The position numbers and the translations under genes were made by a program. Source: Tubiluchus corallicola (taxonomy: Eukaryota > Animalia > Priapulida). Taken from it: a stretch of 64,000 nucleotides of DNA. The notes beneath the pieces are model-generated. The model was not told where the DNA came from and searched no databases. It saw nothing but the letters and a program-made list of their open reading frames with translations. The DNA is taken from NCBI GenBank assembly GCA_030141605.1, contig JAQGDQ010000082.1, forward strand, positions 496,001 through 560,000, written 5' to 3'. Positions 12,544 to 27,282 of this stretch are shown one piece after another (within the stretch, counting starts at the first letter, position 1; every line of letters begins with the position of its first letter).

Positions 12544-15500
12544 ATCTCTATCTCCCCTACTCTGTTGTCTCTCTTCCACTCTTATTTTTCACTCCTTTTC
12601 GTTCCCCAGTTTATTACGTAGAATATGGAATTAGATGAAAATTGGTACCAAACTCATGTTTGCTTCTTTCTGTACTACTCCTAGATCTCTTCTTTTTCAT
12701 TATATTACTTTTTATGCTCATTATTTCCTTCATGACCCTAATCTCCACCCAGCCATCCACACATCTCCCCCCCTCTCTCTCTCTATCCCTGCCTTCCTAT
12801 CTCTCACACACTCGCACTCGCTCTCCCCTCCCCCCTCTCTCTCTCTCTCCCTCCCCATTTTACCTTTTCTGCGGCAAAGGTAAAACATTAATGAACTCGA
12901 AAGTCTCAATGATTATTTGTTTTTTTTTAAATTTTCTTCGCGGCTTCGCAGACTATACCTGTCATTTACATAGCTAGTACTTTCCGATTCATTTAGTTCG
13001 TTATACAGGACCTAAAGTTATAAGTCAGTTACGGAGCAACTAATGAGCAAATTAGACGCGCTCCATTTGAATATTCCTGCATTAAATGGCCATACTGAAT
13101 GATTTGGTCTAATTTTGTCGATCTGCAAAGTCTGCGATGAATTAAAGAATCACACTAAGGAATTTGGCCTAGATGTTTAAAGCCCCCAGGAATACTTCTG
13201 AGAATATAGTGAGAAGCCCTGCGTGATTTTATTAGTGTAGCACATCGACTTCCACATATAATTAGCAGAAACACTTCATTTCAAATATTCCGTGTTTCAT
13301 ACAGGACTTGGAAAACTCGGGCAGATATTTTTTACTCTGGAGATGGCAAGGCCTCGTAGCCCATACTAAAAACATTGACCAATGCGATACACCCTTTTAC
13401 AATAAGATTAATTTTCGCCTTAACTGAATCAGAAAAAAACTTTTCCGACATTTTCCTAGCTAGCTCTCTTCACTTGCAATTTCATCAAAGTAAAAAAGAC
13501 CAGGAAAAAACGGTGCCATTACATTGGCATTTGGTTTAGCTGGTTATTTGAAGTTATCATTCCTGCGACTGCATTTTATAAAGCAAGAAAATCTTCGCAA
13601 AAAAGGAATAAAAACGAAAGAAAATTTCAATCACATCTGTGACATCTTAAGACGTCTCTGCCAATTCAGTGCTTCACCTTACATGCTTTCACATCATTGA
13701 AAACGAGACAGATTCCAGTCTCGCCACAACCAACGGGTAGCAACCCTTTCGTCAAAATATTCTGCTGCAGCTTTTATAAGTCTTGGCACATTGTGTACAC
13801 ATTTTTTTAAGTTGTTCTAATAATTTTCCCCAATGACACACACTCCATTTCAAAACATCAAATAAACTGCATTCCTCGCTTACTCCTGAGGTTATTAAAA
13901 CAAACAACCCTTCAACAAACTACCCAAACATTTGTTAACACCAGGAAAACTAACAGCGCTCACGGCTCAAAATTCAGTTCAACAAATTCCTAGCACGCAC
14001 GAGCGAACTGACAACTTAAAACTCACAACAAACACACTCATGTTTAACATACACGGATTCATAACAACTCGCTTAAGTTTAAAATATTAGACGATTAAAA
14101 CACAAAACACGCTAATATGTCTATTAAGTAGGAAAGCGTCTAAAAAGGAATTGCTTTTTAGTATTACGAGGTTTAATGCAGTGTCTATATACGTACAGAA
14201 ACACATATGTGTATGTCATTACGAATAATCACAGAAAGAATTTTAGCTAACTGTAATTGCACTGATATAATTGCTATATACATCTAGCTAATTAATGACA
14301 CTGATATATTGCAACATACAGAGGAGATCTATACACATTGTAAATTGCCAGTGAACGTGAAAACATTCTCAGCTCCGGGCAAAAATGTCTAAAATTAATT
14401 TGGAATTTTCTTTCCTAATGATTGCTCAAGGCACAGGCAGTGTGCACAATGCTAAAGAAAGCAGTAACACAGCCTAATCTACGAGTTATATACACAAGGC
14501 AATAAAGGTCTAGCAAAAAACGCTTCCTTGAAAAAAAACAATTACAATATCATGATAAAATGGTCAGTCATTAAGATAGCACACTAACAATACAGAGTTA
14601 AAAATAGTCCTTGTGCAACACCTGACACACTCAAGCATACTCACACGTGTCTGCAGACCACCAGTTCAGCATCAGTAACCACCACAGAGACCAGCACCAC
14701 ACTGACACTGAAGCCAAAAGTACATGTACTTCATCACCATGTCAGTGGAAGAGACTTTAAGAGAGATAATTGATGGTAGACACCATAAAGTACAACCGGA
14801 TTCCGGAATTAACCAGCAAGCGTCAGCTTATCTTTACAGTGGCTTCTCACATTTTGTTTTTTATTTCCCCCTACAAACTCGAAACAGATTTAGGTGCAGC
14901 AAATTTATCTCAACTCGTTTTTCCTTTACAAACCTTAAAAACTACTGACAAAAAAGTAACGACTTGAAATCTTTAATGCATTCTTACAATAGTTCATAAA
15001 GAGAAATGGCACTTAAATGTGCTTTCATAAACAACTAACTCGCGCCCAAATAGACTTGAAAACGATTTTGTCCATACTGTTTAGTATTTAGTACTTGGTT
15101 TCCCAAGTGAGAAAAGAATTCGTTTAGAAGTACAAACGACAAATTTTATTTTACACCAAATGTTACAGCGACTATAATATATAACAAAAAATTTTCTCTA
15201 CTATTTACACGAAGCAAAGTTGCAGTAAAAGAAACTTTTCGACATTCAAAGATATCATTTATTCGGAATATATATGTAATACGTAGACCAATAAATCAGT
15301 TTAGTAAAATTGGTCATAATAATAATAATAATAAAAGCAGTTTATGATTACTGGAGAAATAAGCATTTTCAAAGCACAATATCTGTTTTAATGGGCTGCA
15401 ATGTAAGAAGGTTTGAGTTAAAAAACTTGCAACAAGACCTCTCAGTCAACGATAATGTGGGAACAAAGATATCCCGCGTGAAAATTTTTTACTTAGATAG

Positions 15501-15743
15501 CACATCGTAAAGGCGTAAACGATGAAATCAGCTAACGAAAAACATGCAGCATACTTCAGCAGTTCAGTAAGTTTTCATGAACCTGGTATAGGCAGCTTAT
15601 AGCACCGGTAATGAGCGGTATAAAACAAGCATGAAACTGATAAAATCAGTCATAAAGTAACATGTACTTATTTTCCACGATTTCGGGAAATTTATTACAG
15701 CGAATGACGTCAGGAGAAAGTTTTCGGGTCCGCGCAATAGGTG

Positions 15744-15844
15744 GCGGTAACAAACATGAAATTGAAGTTTGGAAGTGAAGATACGAACAAAATTGCGCGG
15801 TAAAAAACATGAAATTGAAGTTTTGAAGTCAAGTTATGAACAAA
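15744..15844. repeat. Tandem duplication, about 53 bp x 2
   Basis: GCGGTAA(C/A)AAACATGAAATTGAAGTTT(G/T)GAAGT.AAG.TA.GAACAAA twice. Confidence 0.85.
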
Positions 15845-16267
15845 GTGTCAAACAATTACCGAGTAAATAAGTTATTTAGCTGACGCCACTCAAACCTAAG
15901 TTTTCTCTCCAACGTTTCAGAGGGCCTAGAGTTGAGTGCCGTCGGCTGTATAAATAAATTAATTAGTTAACTTTTTCTTATACACAATTACGTTATACAT
16001 AAAGTATAAATGTTTTCGTTAATTTTTATCCAGGATAAAATTTTTAAACATGCTGCACGCACTCCAACTAACATAGGACAGATGACAGCTAGAGAGTAGC
16101 ACACAGCACAAACACTACGCAATTAATGGTCAATACACAAGCTCCAGTGTACTGATCGCGAATACTTCGCATTAAGTGTCAAACGGCAACCTGCGTTTTG
16201 TTCAATACTAGCAGGAGTAATATTATCATAATACTAATTATACTACTATTATACTATACTACTATTA

Positions 16268-16644
16268 GCGGCATGCCCACACTGTATCTCGACACTAGGC
16301 GGAGAAGCTGTACAAGCAGCCAACGGCTAGAGGGTGGAGGAGGAGGTCAAGTGACCCAACGGCCATGTGTAGAGGAGTAAACCTTCCAAATCAGGAGTGG
16401 AGCCCCGAAGGCGGACCAATGCAGCATGCTCACTGACTCCGGCAGCTCCTGCAGCCAACCTGGTACCAAACGTATCGCTCCGCTTTCCTTTGGACTGCAG
16501 CAGGGAGGAAGAGAGGGGGTTCCTGCGGTCTGGGCAACTCAGGATCTCCATACACCTTGCCCAGGCGTGCGCCCTGGAGACGTTCAAGGATCGGACTCTC
16601 TTGGCGCACATTCCATTGTCTTCCGAGACAGAAGGATGCCAACA
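16268..16644 (+). mobile_element. GC-rich non-autonomous retroelement (RTE-clade-like SINE or deletion derivative) with a 10-bp target-site duplication
   Basis: Abrupt GC-rich island flanked by ACTACTATTA at 16258-16267 and 16645-16654; ends GAGACAGAAGGATGCCAACA; resemblance to RTE-derived elements is from recall. Confidence 0.7.
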
Positions 16645-17567
16645 ACTACTATTATAACTAAACAATTCTTAAGATTTATACTACACTGCTCACTCATAAA
16701 TCACAGTAATGTCTCGCAAAGGAAAGATAAGGTGCTCAATACAACAACAATGCTTAACACTTGACACAGTATTAATTGCAGAAGGTGTAACTGGCTACAA
16801 AAAAATTACAACTACGTATATCAATTTTGGACACAGTCTACTTCTCCATTTCAAGGAAACGCTCCCGTCTGACTTTCCCAATCCGTCTGACTACCACATT
16901 TTTTCCAAAGTGTCAGCCCTTAAGAGCGTCAAGACAGCCTCCAATATGTAAACTGAGATTAGTATGCTGGTGCAGCGCACGTACTCTTATGATCATGTTT
17001 AATCACAGAAATACAAATAAATCGCGGTAGCCTGCAGCGAATTTCAGCGAAGCCACCAATAATAGAGGACGCGTAAGAGCAAAATGAAATTTGATCTCCA
17101 CAAATATCCCCTTAATGATTATGAATCCAAACAGTGCGCCCCATACAAATAAACGTAAACAAGCTCTGGACCACGGTGATAAGTCCCTGAAACCAGAAGG
17201 TAATTCAAACCGGATAACGCCAAAATAGAAGGAAGTTATACACACGAAAAATAGGAGCTTGGTATACCACTTGAAAATCGCATAATTTTTTCATTTCAGT
17301 TATCACTTTTTAAAAACTCTTGAAGCCAACACATTCAATATTACACTGCAAAAAAGCAAATTGTTTATGGTTTATAGCTAGCACATCCAAAGCCACACCT
17401 TTACCTTGCTGTACCTCTTAAGCATACAGACAGCTGTAAACCGGAAGTCGGAAACCACCTGCGCGCGCTGTCGCTTTGGCTTCCTTACACAAGCGATTAA
17501 GGGAAAGAATTGGAAAATCAGAAAACGCATTCATACAAACGAGCAAACAAACGAAAGACTGGTAATA

Positions 17568-17785
17568 CAAGGGGCTCCAAAAAACAGTACAGTAGAAATA
17601 AGACAAAGGGAATTTGGACTTCTGCACCTAGACGCCATGACGACATTGTATTTTTTACGTTATTATTCCAGTAATTTTAACACCATATAACTTGGTATAA
17701 CCAAATTTATTGCACTTTGCATGGTGTAAACATTGATACAATGAAATCATTTACTCTAGTGCGCTGTTTCTTTTGGACCACTCTT
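17568..17785. mobile_element. Second, more decayed copy of the same MITE family
   Basis: TA-CAAGGGGCTCCAAAAAACAGTACAGTAGAAATA ... CTAGTGCGCTGTTTCTTTTGGACCACTCTT-TA. Confidence 0.6.
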
Positions 17786-20700
17786 TACATTACGAAAATT
17801 AAAAGCACAGTAAATGAAGCGCATTTTCAGCTGGCAAAATTAAATTTGTACATTTGGTACAGGAGTACATAACCAAATAAAAAGTAAACGGATAGTGACA
17901 AAACATTTCCCAAGTTTAAAAAAGAATTTCGAAGCCAAAAATTACAACGCAAAACCAATGCTTCCTCGCGTCACAAATGAGGATCCGCTGTTGAAAATGA
18001 AAACACTGTTTAAATTCACTGGTATCAAAAAGAAATAGCTGTCTATATGTTTTGCTGTTCGCGTCCTCTAAGGCACAAATGTAATTGCACATTAACAAGC
18101 TACACGTCTTATTTTTTATCTAATGCTTAACCAACGGTTAATTTTAACTGGCCAAGACATAATATCAAGACTAAACTGGCAAAAGCAAAACTCGACTAAA
18201 TAAACACAAATATTACACAATTCAGACCAAAAACAGAAGTGCACACGTATTTAAGTCGGCTTCATTTCACTACATTTGCAAAAGTTGAACCTACTGAGAT
18301 GAAAATTCCAAGGCTTCAACGATCTTGACGTCGGCAAGCACACTGGTTTCATTGGTCACTTGTGGTTTCGGTTCGTTAGGTGGTTTGGTTACCGCCCGCC
18401 AGCCCAAAATAAACAAGCATTCGTAAATTATTGACAACCTGCCGCAAACAGTAGCAAATACATACATTTAAACTGCCGGAAGAAATCGGAACAACCGATT
18501 TGGAATCCCGGAACTCGGTTGATTTGATAAAAAATGGTGTTCGATAAAATCCGTAAATTTAAATATCATTTGTCTGTATAATATTTCCAAACAATAAAGA
18601 AAAAAATTGTATCACCTGTTTCATATATAATTATTTGTTACAGCTTCAAAAAACGATGCTAACCATCCCCTTTGAACCCTCACACAAGTAAAGTATCCTA
18701 GTTACTCAGTCAGGCACTAGGCAATATTATATTCTGGACAAAGGTCGTGATACCATATTTATAGAAAAACTTAGTAGATTTAAATATAAACGAAATAAAA
18801 TCTGGAGTATTTTGTCTACCAAAATTATCATTTTTAAGCTTTCTAGCAAACAAATTTCGTGTTGCCTATAAATGTCATGCTGACTGAAACAAATCAAGCG
18901 TTTTAGTAGGTTTCATTATTACTGCCTCACTTTCATTTTTTTAGTTACTCACTTACTAAATAACTCCATAAAGAGGTCTGTATCGCCGTGATATTGCTGC
19001 TGTCGTTTTCGTTCTCACTGTTGTAATAAATTTTCAGCCAGTTTTTAATATTGTGACGTTTCTAATAATTTCTTATTCTAGATTTTTTTACAAAAAAGAA
19101 ACAATTCCACGACAAAGGTTCTAAATGACATATCCAAATAGTTGAGCAGAAAAAATACGCAAGTAATCCAACGCTTCGCATTCCAGACTAGTTTTTGCCC
19201 CGTCTTTGGAACAAGCTACTCTACATTTTAGCAGCCACAATATTACAGCAACAGTTGCTTTATACTGGAAAAGAATCAGAATTCAGAAACGTCAAGCAAT
19301 TATTTCATCTGACAACGGTACTCCTAACAACAAGAACAACAACAACAACAACAAGAGCAGCAGTTTACTGCTCATGAATTTTGACACTGCAGCCAAGAAA
19401 CCGTACACGGCGTCGTTTATAAAATAATGACCACAGACAACGAAAGTTTAAAAATTCTACGTAGAACTAAAAACGCTTCACGTGCTCTTTAAAAAAGGAA
19501 GTACAAGAAAGCTTAATTGACACAAGCAACATGTTACTGTCAAGAAGTTTTTGTGAAATCGGATTACATTCTAAATTCCGAACCACAAACGAATCCGGAT
19601 TTGCCTACTTCCGACTCACCTGGATTGACTTACGCACAGTGAAAAACACTCGACTCTGGCTACGAACAAATAAACAAACAGATTACCATCGATCAAGAAA
19701 ATTGGTAACAGACAATCACAGTTAACTGATTACAATGAAGCAACTAAAATATCGAGGTGGTATTCATAGTTTAAAGATTACCCACATCTGCTTCAAGACT
19801 AAACACTGGCCAAATTAAAAAGCACTAGCGTATAAACTTTCTCTTAAAGGAGGGGGCCAAATGCTACGGTGTCCAATCAACTGTATCATTTTTTACAGTA
19901 TTCTTGTAACCACAAAATAAATTGTTATAGAGTTCTAGGTACCACAGAAGGCATTTACACAAGGAAAATACTTTTTGGCATTAAAGAAAATTAAATCATG
20001 TAAAATGTATGGTTTCACACACATAAAAACGAACTTTTGAACAAAATTCCAGTCTATGCACGATTACTATATTAAACTGATAAAAGAGAAGACTGAGCTG
20101 TCCTTAAATCCCTTAGTGATTTAATGTGTTTTAGCAATTTAGTAATCACAGCAACTTGAGTAAAAGATTCAACACCACATCCCAGCAACATGTCTACGAA
20201 GTGCAAACACAACTACGAACTTTTTACTCTTTTCTGTTTCTCCATACGCAGCGAACGTCTTAAGAAGTTAAATGTCTTATCTCCTCCGTGGACACGCACA
20301 TGGCTTTCACAGAATTCCTCGGAGTGCAGTCTTTAACAATTCAAACAAGTCCAAATCACTTGTTAATATGGGTGCTATACCGAGACCATTGTCCAAGCAA
20401 GAGGATAAATTGGTCACTAACTACACAGACCCCAGCAGAGCACACTGTTCATATATTGACAGTGAATAACTCTTCCTGTAATCTGTACATGAAACCCCAG
20501 ACTGGTCAATACGCTCGGACAATGAGTGGACAGTGGAACTGATCAGTGTTGATCACAATTGAACAGATATGGTTAACCAATGTTCTATAGTCGAAAGAGG
20601 CCGAATTTTCTACATGCATTTCTAATCAAACCAAATCAGATGTCATTACTTTTTAATGACTTTCTCACGCAATAAACCAGAATGCAGAAAAATGTAATCA

Positions 20701-22839
20701 CATTTTAAACTGATTACACGCTATAATCAAAGGCACATTACATAGTACAAACGTATAGATTTTATGTTATGTCATATTAACCACCACATTTAAAACAGGT
20801 CACATGCACAGTATAATGCATCATTTCCTGATGTAGCAACCCATAATAATTTATAATAATAAACTATAACACACACCTTAAATACACAGAATCACGTATA
20901 TATTGTAATTAAAATTAAATTAAATTGTAATATTTCCAAGCGATTTCTAGTGTTCTTTAAAGCACAAGAAAAAACTCTCCATAAATAAAGCTTAAAATTT
21001 TCGTTTTGAAATTTTGTATCACTTACATGCTTATCCTTATAATTATCTTATTCTTATTGCATACAAGGCCTGCGTTAGCAGTAACGCTTAGTAAAACTTG
21101 TATATTTAAGCTCCCGAGATTATCGTTAAGCGCAGCCATTTTAACGCTAAGTCGTTTGATACAAGTTTAGATAACATTCGAGTAAATTTTGAAAAAATGG
21201 TCACAGCATTCGTAGCGAACTCTTCGATAACTAAATAAAAGTTGAAATTACTTCATACTGTCAATAAAATGGATGTGTGTTTTTGTGAATCGCGGTACAC
21301 GCTAGTATAGCGATGCATATCCGTTTTAAACCAGTTGGCGCGAACATTTTAAATTATTCAAAATGTTCTTTTCCAATTACATAAGTCTTATATATACGCA
21401 ATGCTAAGTAATATAGCTTTGTATGGAAAATCTTTTGGGTTATACTATAATAAAAATTCCCGTTCTTTTCCTTTAGTTCATATTGAAACATTTTCCCGCA
21501 GACAACCAATTCAACGAAAAGCATTTCGTTATCATTGCTGGATGTGCCTGAACAAAGCTGAGTTCTAAATAACATTGATAAAGTTTATTCTGTTATTCAT
21601 TATGTTTACTTCAGATCATTCTTATGTTCAAAAACTTGTATATCTAATAAACTACATTATTTGCATAATCTTTGGGACTGAGAGGCGGAATTTTGTTGAA
21701 TATATGATGTCTAACGATTTATAAATTGCTAATGTGTAACTTGGTGAAAGCTATTTTAGCTTGTCTTATAGGATCTTATAATAATGAATACTTTTCGATA
21801 TTTTCCTTAACTGCATATAAAAGTAGTTTACTGTTCACCGTTTCATGATTTTCCCCTGCGTGTATTACATATTATATGGATTCATCCAGGGTCCTAATGC
21901 GTAATTTCTGGAATTGATAGTACTTTCATCGACCCAGCACATTCATGTTTGCTCAGGCGTACGAAATCTTAATTACTCGCTTACAATCTAAACCTACTTA
22001 TAGGTAATCTATCAATCATCCATACTTGATCACCACCGCCTTAGAAACATGATTAATTGTTGATGGAGTGTATATCCCGTGAATACAAAATTAGGAAGGA
22101 ATAGTAACGCAATGTTAAACAGAGTTCAACCTGCTGGACATTGGTCAGATCAACCAAAACAGTTTAGGAGTTTGGATTAAAAACAAGAGTGGGTGCTCTA
22201 AGGCTGCTAAACACTTATCAAGTAGTAAACCAGATAAATGTCATTAAATACCTAGAAAGTGTGCATGCATGACTGGCCAGTGACCACTGACCAGCACAAC
22301 CACTGTCCAGATGAACAGCGGTCAAGTTGGTCAAACTTAATCGAAAACGTGCCATATTTTAGCAAATGAGAATAATTTGAAGTTTACTTTGAAGGACTGT
22401 CTCACCATCCATTGCATTCCAAGTGTTAAGCACTATAACATTTCGAGTGAGGGCACTCTATAAAACTACAACTCAGTCGCAAGCAATTTTTTTAATTTTA
22501 TAAAAATTTTGAAACCTAAATACATTTAGAACTCCTCATATGCATTAGAAGAAACAATAATGAGGTGTTCGAGACTGAGTGTGGCCGTCCGGGCTCGATA
22601 CTCGCCCAAGGCAGTATTATTAGCAAATTCTTGGCCACTTAACTCGTAAAAGGAAGAGGTACGCGCAACCGAACGCGGCTGAGACAACTCTGCTGGTCCA
22701 GCGGCTCATTTTAGAGATATGTCCTTGATAGTCAGGCTCTGGCCATGCCACAAACATCTACGTTTGAGTACTGAATTCTGGCTTGTAGAACGCTGAAGTA
22801 TAGAAAGACGTAAAAATAGAACAAATTTCCGTAACTTAC

Positions 22840-22871
22840 CTGAATATAAGTTCTTCCTCCGCTGCGTCCAT
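22840..22871 (-). CDS. Candidate alternative first exon MDAAEEELIF(S/R)
   Basis: gatATGG start after an in-frame stop; consensus donor CAG|gtaagt; phase 2. Confidence 0.5.
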
Positions 22872-25800
22872 ATCTTTAAGTTCACCTTCACGTGTATTTC
22901 GTTTCGTATTTATCAGTATCCAAAGTTACGTCATGTGTGCGTAAATAAGGAAACGCGTATCATGTAGACAGACACGAGAATACAATAATCCATAGGATAG
23001 AACAATTTTATTAAACACCTCAGCAGCACGTATGCATATCTGATGCACTTATAGACTAATGATGCAAATAGATATTAAAGACGCAAATACATGTGCCATT
23101 TATATCCAGTAAGAATCATCGGATTATTTATAGCTAAATGTGGTTCGAAATTACAGACGTCGTACGTAGGAGTTCGCATCTTGATAATCTCAACTAAATT
23201 AAGAAAGCGAACGCGCTCAGATGCAGGGTGTCAGTTAACCATGAACAGTGCACAAGTTTTCCCGAATGACCACTGGCCAAAATCAAGACCAAAACAGACA
23301 ACCACTGGCTAGTATCATAACACAGAATCTCAAAGGCGTTTTCACAGTTTCACGACCTTCACATTAGCACAAATACACACTGTGAACGATTTAGAATCAC
23401 TTTCCAACAGTTATTCATCTCTGTAGGACAGCAAAATACTGATGATTCACACATTACTTTGAGGAAAAAGAAGGCGTCAGACATAACGTTCACAACGGTG
23501 TCGCAAGGCAACTTTTATTGACTTCTGTTCCAAAATTCAGCGAAAAATGTAATATTTTGACAGATGTAAACAGGCAGTGTCTCCAACTTAGACCACACGT
23601 GTGTCACATCTATCATGCGCTGAAACAGACAACTGGAGAACTATCCAACTGAAACGCTGCAAGCTGTGACACGGGAGATGCCGTTATGACACTGTAGTTC
23701 ATATAGGGTTTCATCTAAAACGGCCAGATGTACCTATCAAGAACCCAGTTTCTCTGGGAGACCGGACATTGGTGTGAAGAGGGAGTAATTAGTGAGGATC
23801 TGTCACTCTGCATAAACACTTAATATAAACAATGCATCTCATTTGGCAAATTCAAAATCCAGGAAAGCACTGACCTAAATAATTTGAAAATGTGCATCCC
23901 CGGGAGTGACCGAGTTAATACGGTCATTCTTGTTTGTAAACATGAAAAGTAAATAAAGAATACGCCCACGCCTCAGCTGGGTACAAGTTTTGGACTTTTG
24001 GTGGAAACTTTAAGCTTTGAAAATTAATAATGCTCCCCAGGCAGCAAAACCAACTTGAAAAGCTATGAAACAAGAAAAGAAACAAAGCATTAGAGCTTAC
24101 AAAATATTACGCAAAAATTATATATTCATGGTACGGTACATACAGCAAACTTATACGTGTACGCAACTAAGCTGGTGCATGTGTTTTTAAAAAAAGAATG
24201 TGCATACACCGGCAAAAGCAATGAAGACCACAAAGCTAATTTTTCAGAAATATTATTATTTTTGGATTTCAACGCCAAACAAAAAGTCTGGTTACAGCAC
24301 AGGGCACAGCGTTATGCGGAGCATTTTTAATTTTTCTTCTATGTAACAGCTGGCCAGTATGATATCATCAATAAACCATGCTTTGTCTAGGTCTCTTGTA
24401 CCAAAGCAACGAAGATGGAATTCTGTCATTAAAAAAGTTGATGAAAGCAAAACTGAGCCTGATATTTTTTAGAAATAAAAGAAATACGTCGATATATTTT
24501 AATTATATATTACATATTTATATTACTACTTTATGTATTATATTATACATATACATTCTATGTTTATATTCTATGTTTAATGACTGAACCATAGCTGTAA
24601 TTATACACAACTTGTTCTTAGTAAAGTATCGCTAATCGCAGAGGAGGAAAGAATTAAGGTTCTTACTGCACAAAATTTAACGAAAATATTTTAAGAACAT
24701 ACATAAAAAGCGAATAAAGTTACTGCTGAAAGCTTTACATATCCAGTACTTTTATCATCGGTTAAATTGTAATAGCTACACATAATAATTGTTACAGCCG
24801 ACACGCGATCTGTCAGAAAGTTTCTTTAAATTTCAAAACACGAAATTCAACATTGATACGGAGTAATTATTTTCGACTTTTAGGCCAGATTCTCTTCATT
24901 ATATTCGCAACACTATGACCTTTCGTGATCGTGGAGCCTAGAAGGTATAATTACCACCTTGAAGTAAAGAGATAGGTCAGAGAGATTTAAAATCACATTT
25001 CCTAACAACAAAAGGTCATACATGTAATAAGCTTATTATTATTATTATGGAGCAAACAAATTATCGAAATCATGTTCACTTTTCTAATTTATCAAGAAAG
25101 ATCAAAAGGCACATTATATATGGCATAGAAAACGTGATATGAGCCGTTCCAATTTCTGGACTGCAAAACATCTGCAGTTTATGTATACTGGCTTGACCAA
25201 CAAGCTTTTGATACCTTTCAGAAAATAGCAGTTACAGCCTTTTGTGACATATTCACTTATGCTTGTCCGGTCAAACTATTCTTTCTGAGAAGCTTCGGCT
25301 TACTTACAATCGCTTCAAAAAATGGAAAAATTACTTTCTTAAAGTTCAATGGGAACGAAAAGTATTTGTTCAAGCCATTTTGGTGTTAGGCGAATAGTAG
25401 GCAGGTAAATCTGTTGAATCCGCAGCTAGTAACAGTTTGTGTGTGTGAGGGGGGCTTGGAGGGGGTCAACTAGCACTTCATCCTTAACAAGGAAACCCTG
25501 CATTCTCTCGATATTTTTTTAATTTCCCACAAAGGCTTCAACCAACTTCAGTTGAAATTAGCGAAATATAAAGCGAATTATATAATTATTATATAATAAT
25601 AATATAATGTGAAGAAAACTACGCATTACTACTATAAACAGTGTATGGTTCAGTTCCTCTAATTTGCCTCAAATTAATTCAAAATATTCTCACTTCTCAA
25701 AGTATCTATTGGCAACTCCTATTCTATCTAAAACACAGTAATATCATTTAGCCTACATTTCAACCACAACTTCCGCCTTCATTCGGTAATGAAATATCAT

Positions 25801-26564
25801 ACCAACGATTGGATTTGATTATAATACTACTGCGTTTACACAGGAGAACAGAGAAAACTCTCCAGTCATTAAACGACGACCAGTCATTAAACAACTATGA
25901 CTATTAAGCATCAACATAAGAATGTAGCCAAAATCAAAAGCTGAGTGAAACACAACACACTAGCCAAGTAAAATGGCACTAGATACTTGACATGATGTAG
26001 TAATTTACGCGATCACACAGGACTGAGCTGACACTATCACTTTCTATTAAAACATTGCATTTCATTAGATAATTCCCGCTAGAACTAGCCACAACTACAT
26101 AATTTCTCGAACTCACGGCTGCCCGCTAGTAGCGTAACATTGCAACACAGTAACCGCTATATTATGTCGCCGTTACACAACGTCATATCATGGGATTTAG
26201 ATGGGACGCAAAGTGCAGCCAGCGAAATGGGTCAGTGAACAGGGAAATTGCTGTGTAATCGCATTTTGATACACTGTCACTAGCATTTTTACTGCGGATC
26301 AGCGGAAACAGTGCACACCAATTAAAAATTCCTAATGTTTCACAAAAAATATTGACTCTACATAATTATGGCTGTTTTTTCTTGTTGCGTGCTGCACAAG
26401 CAAAGTTATGTACATGCAGCAGAACTAAGTTCTGCATTCTTGCAACCAAAAGGATAAATAAGTTGTTTAATTTCCAGAAGTAAAGCGGTGAATAATTTTT
26501 AGATTACATACAAAATCTATACATGACATTGTAAAAAATCGTCTACAATTTTCTGACAAATATT

Positions 26565-26700
26565 TGGGCGAATAGAGTAGTCCAGTGGTGGTCAATGTGT
26601 GTACTTAGCAACCGAACTTAAACAACCCCAAGGCTGGTCACTGAATGGATGGGCAACCTCTGAGTTCGACACTTGCGCTGGAAGGTTTCGTTCAGCGTAG
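26565..26700 (+). mobile_element. Decayed SINE-like element with a 5S-rRNA-like segment; related copy at about 8305-8400 (minus)
   Basis: AACTTAAACAACCCCAAGGCTGGTCACTGAATGGATGGGCAACC resembles the 5S internal control region. Confidence 0.35.
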
Positions 26701-27282
26701 CGATTCTGGCTTTGGTCATTTAAATATAAAGGCACAATAGCATCAGATGTATATGCAGGCCAAGGACGATTTGTAGAATTAGCCTACTTAAGTGCTACCT
26801 CTGGTCTTGTAACATGCGATATACAACACACATAGATAGGACCACTGGGTAAAACATTGAGCTATTCACCTACAGATCCTTCAAAAATTTAAAAGACACC
26901 AGAGTCAACCATGAAAAACCTTTTGGTAAATTTCAAAAACTTCAAATGAATAGTTGAGGCTTTCAATAACTTTGAGAATTTCAATGACAGCCACATTATT
27001 ATATTGCCCATATATAGAATTTTAAACTCTTTACAGCGGTTACAAAATAACTTTTCAAACACTTTAAAATGTTGAAATGAAACTTTCAAACGTTTTCTAA
27101 TTTTACTAAACAAAAAGTTCATTTTAACTCATAACCAAAAAAGCCTCAAGGATTTATGCATAACAACGACAACGACGAACGCCACCAAAAACAAGCTCGC
27201 GGAGGCATAGTACGCCAACGACCTGAAACTCAGGATGCTGCCGCTTACAGGCAACAATGATTCAAATAAAATAGCTACTCAC

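Noticed and set aside
14645-14740. Possible exon ending at CGT|gtgagt (minus)
   Set aside because: The ATG-started frame is phase 1 and the phase-2 frame has no ATG; the cassette reading is too speculative.
16327-16764. Four overlapping ORFs
   Set aside because: GC-rich retroelement insertion with a TSD; the open frames follow from composition.
26600-26665. Functional 5S rRNA gene
   Set aside because: Only a short, highly degenerate similarity; no full 120-nt gene or terminator.
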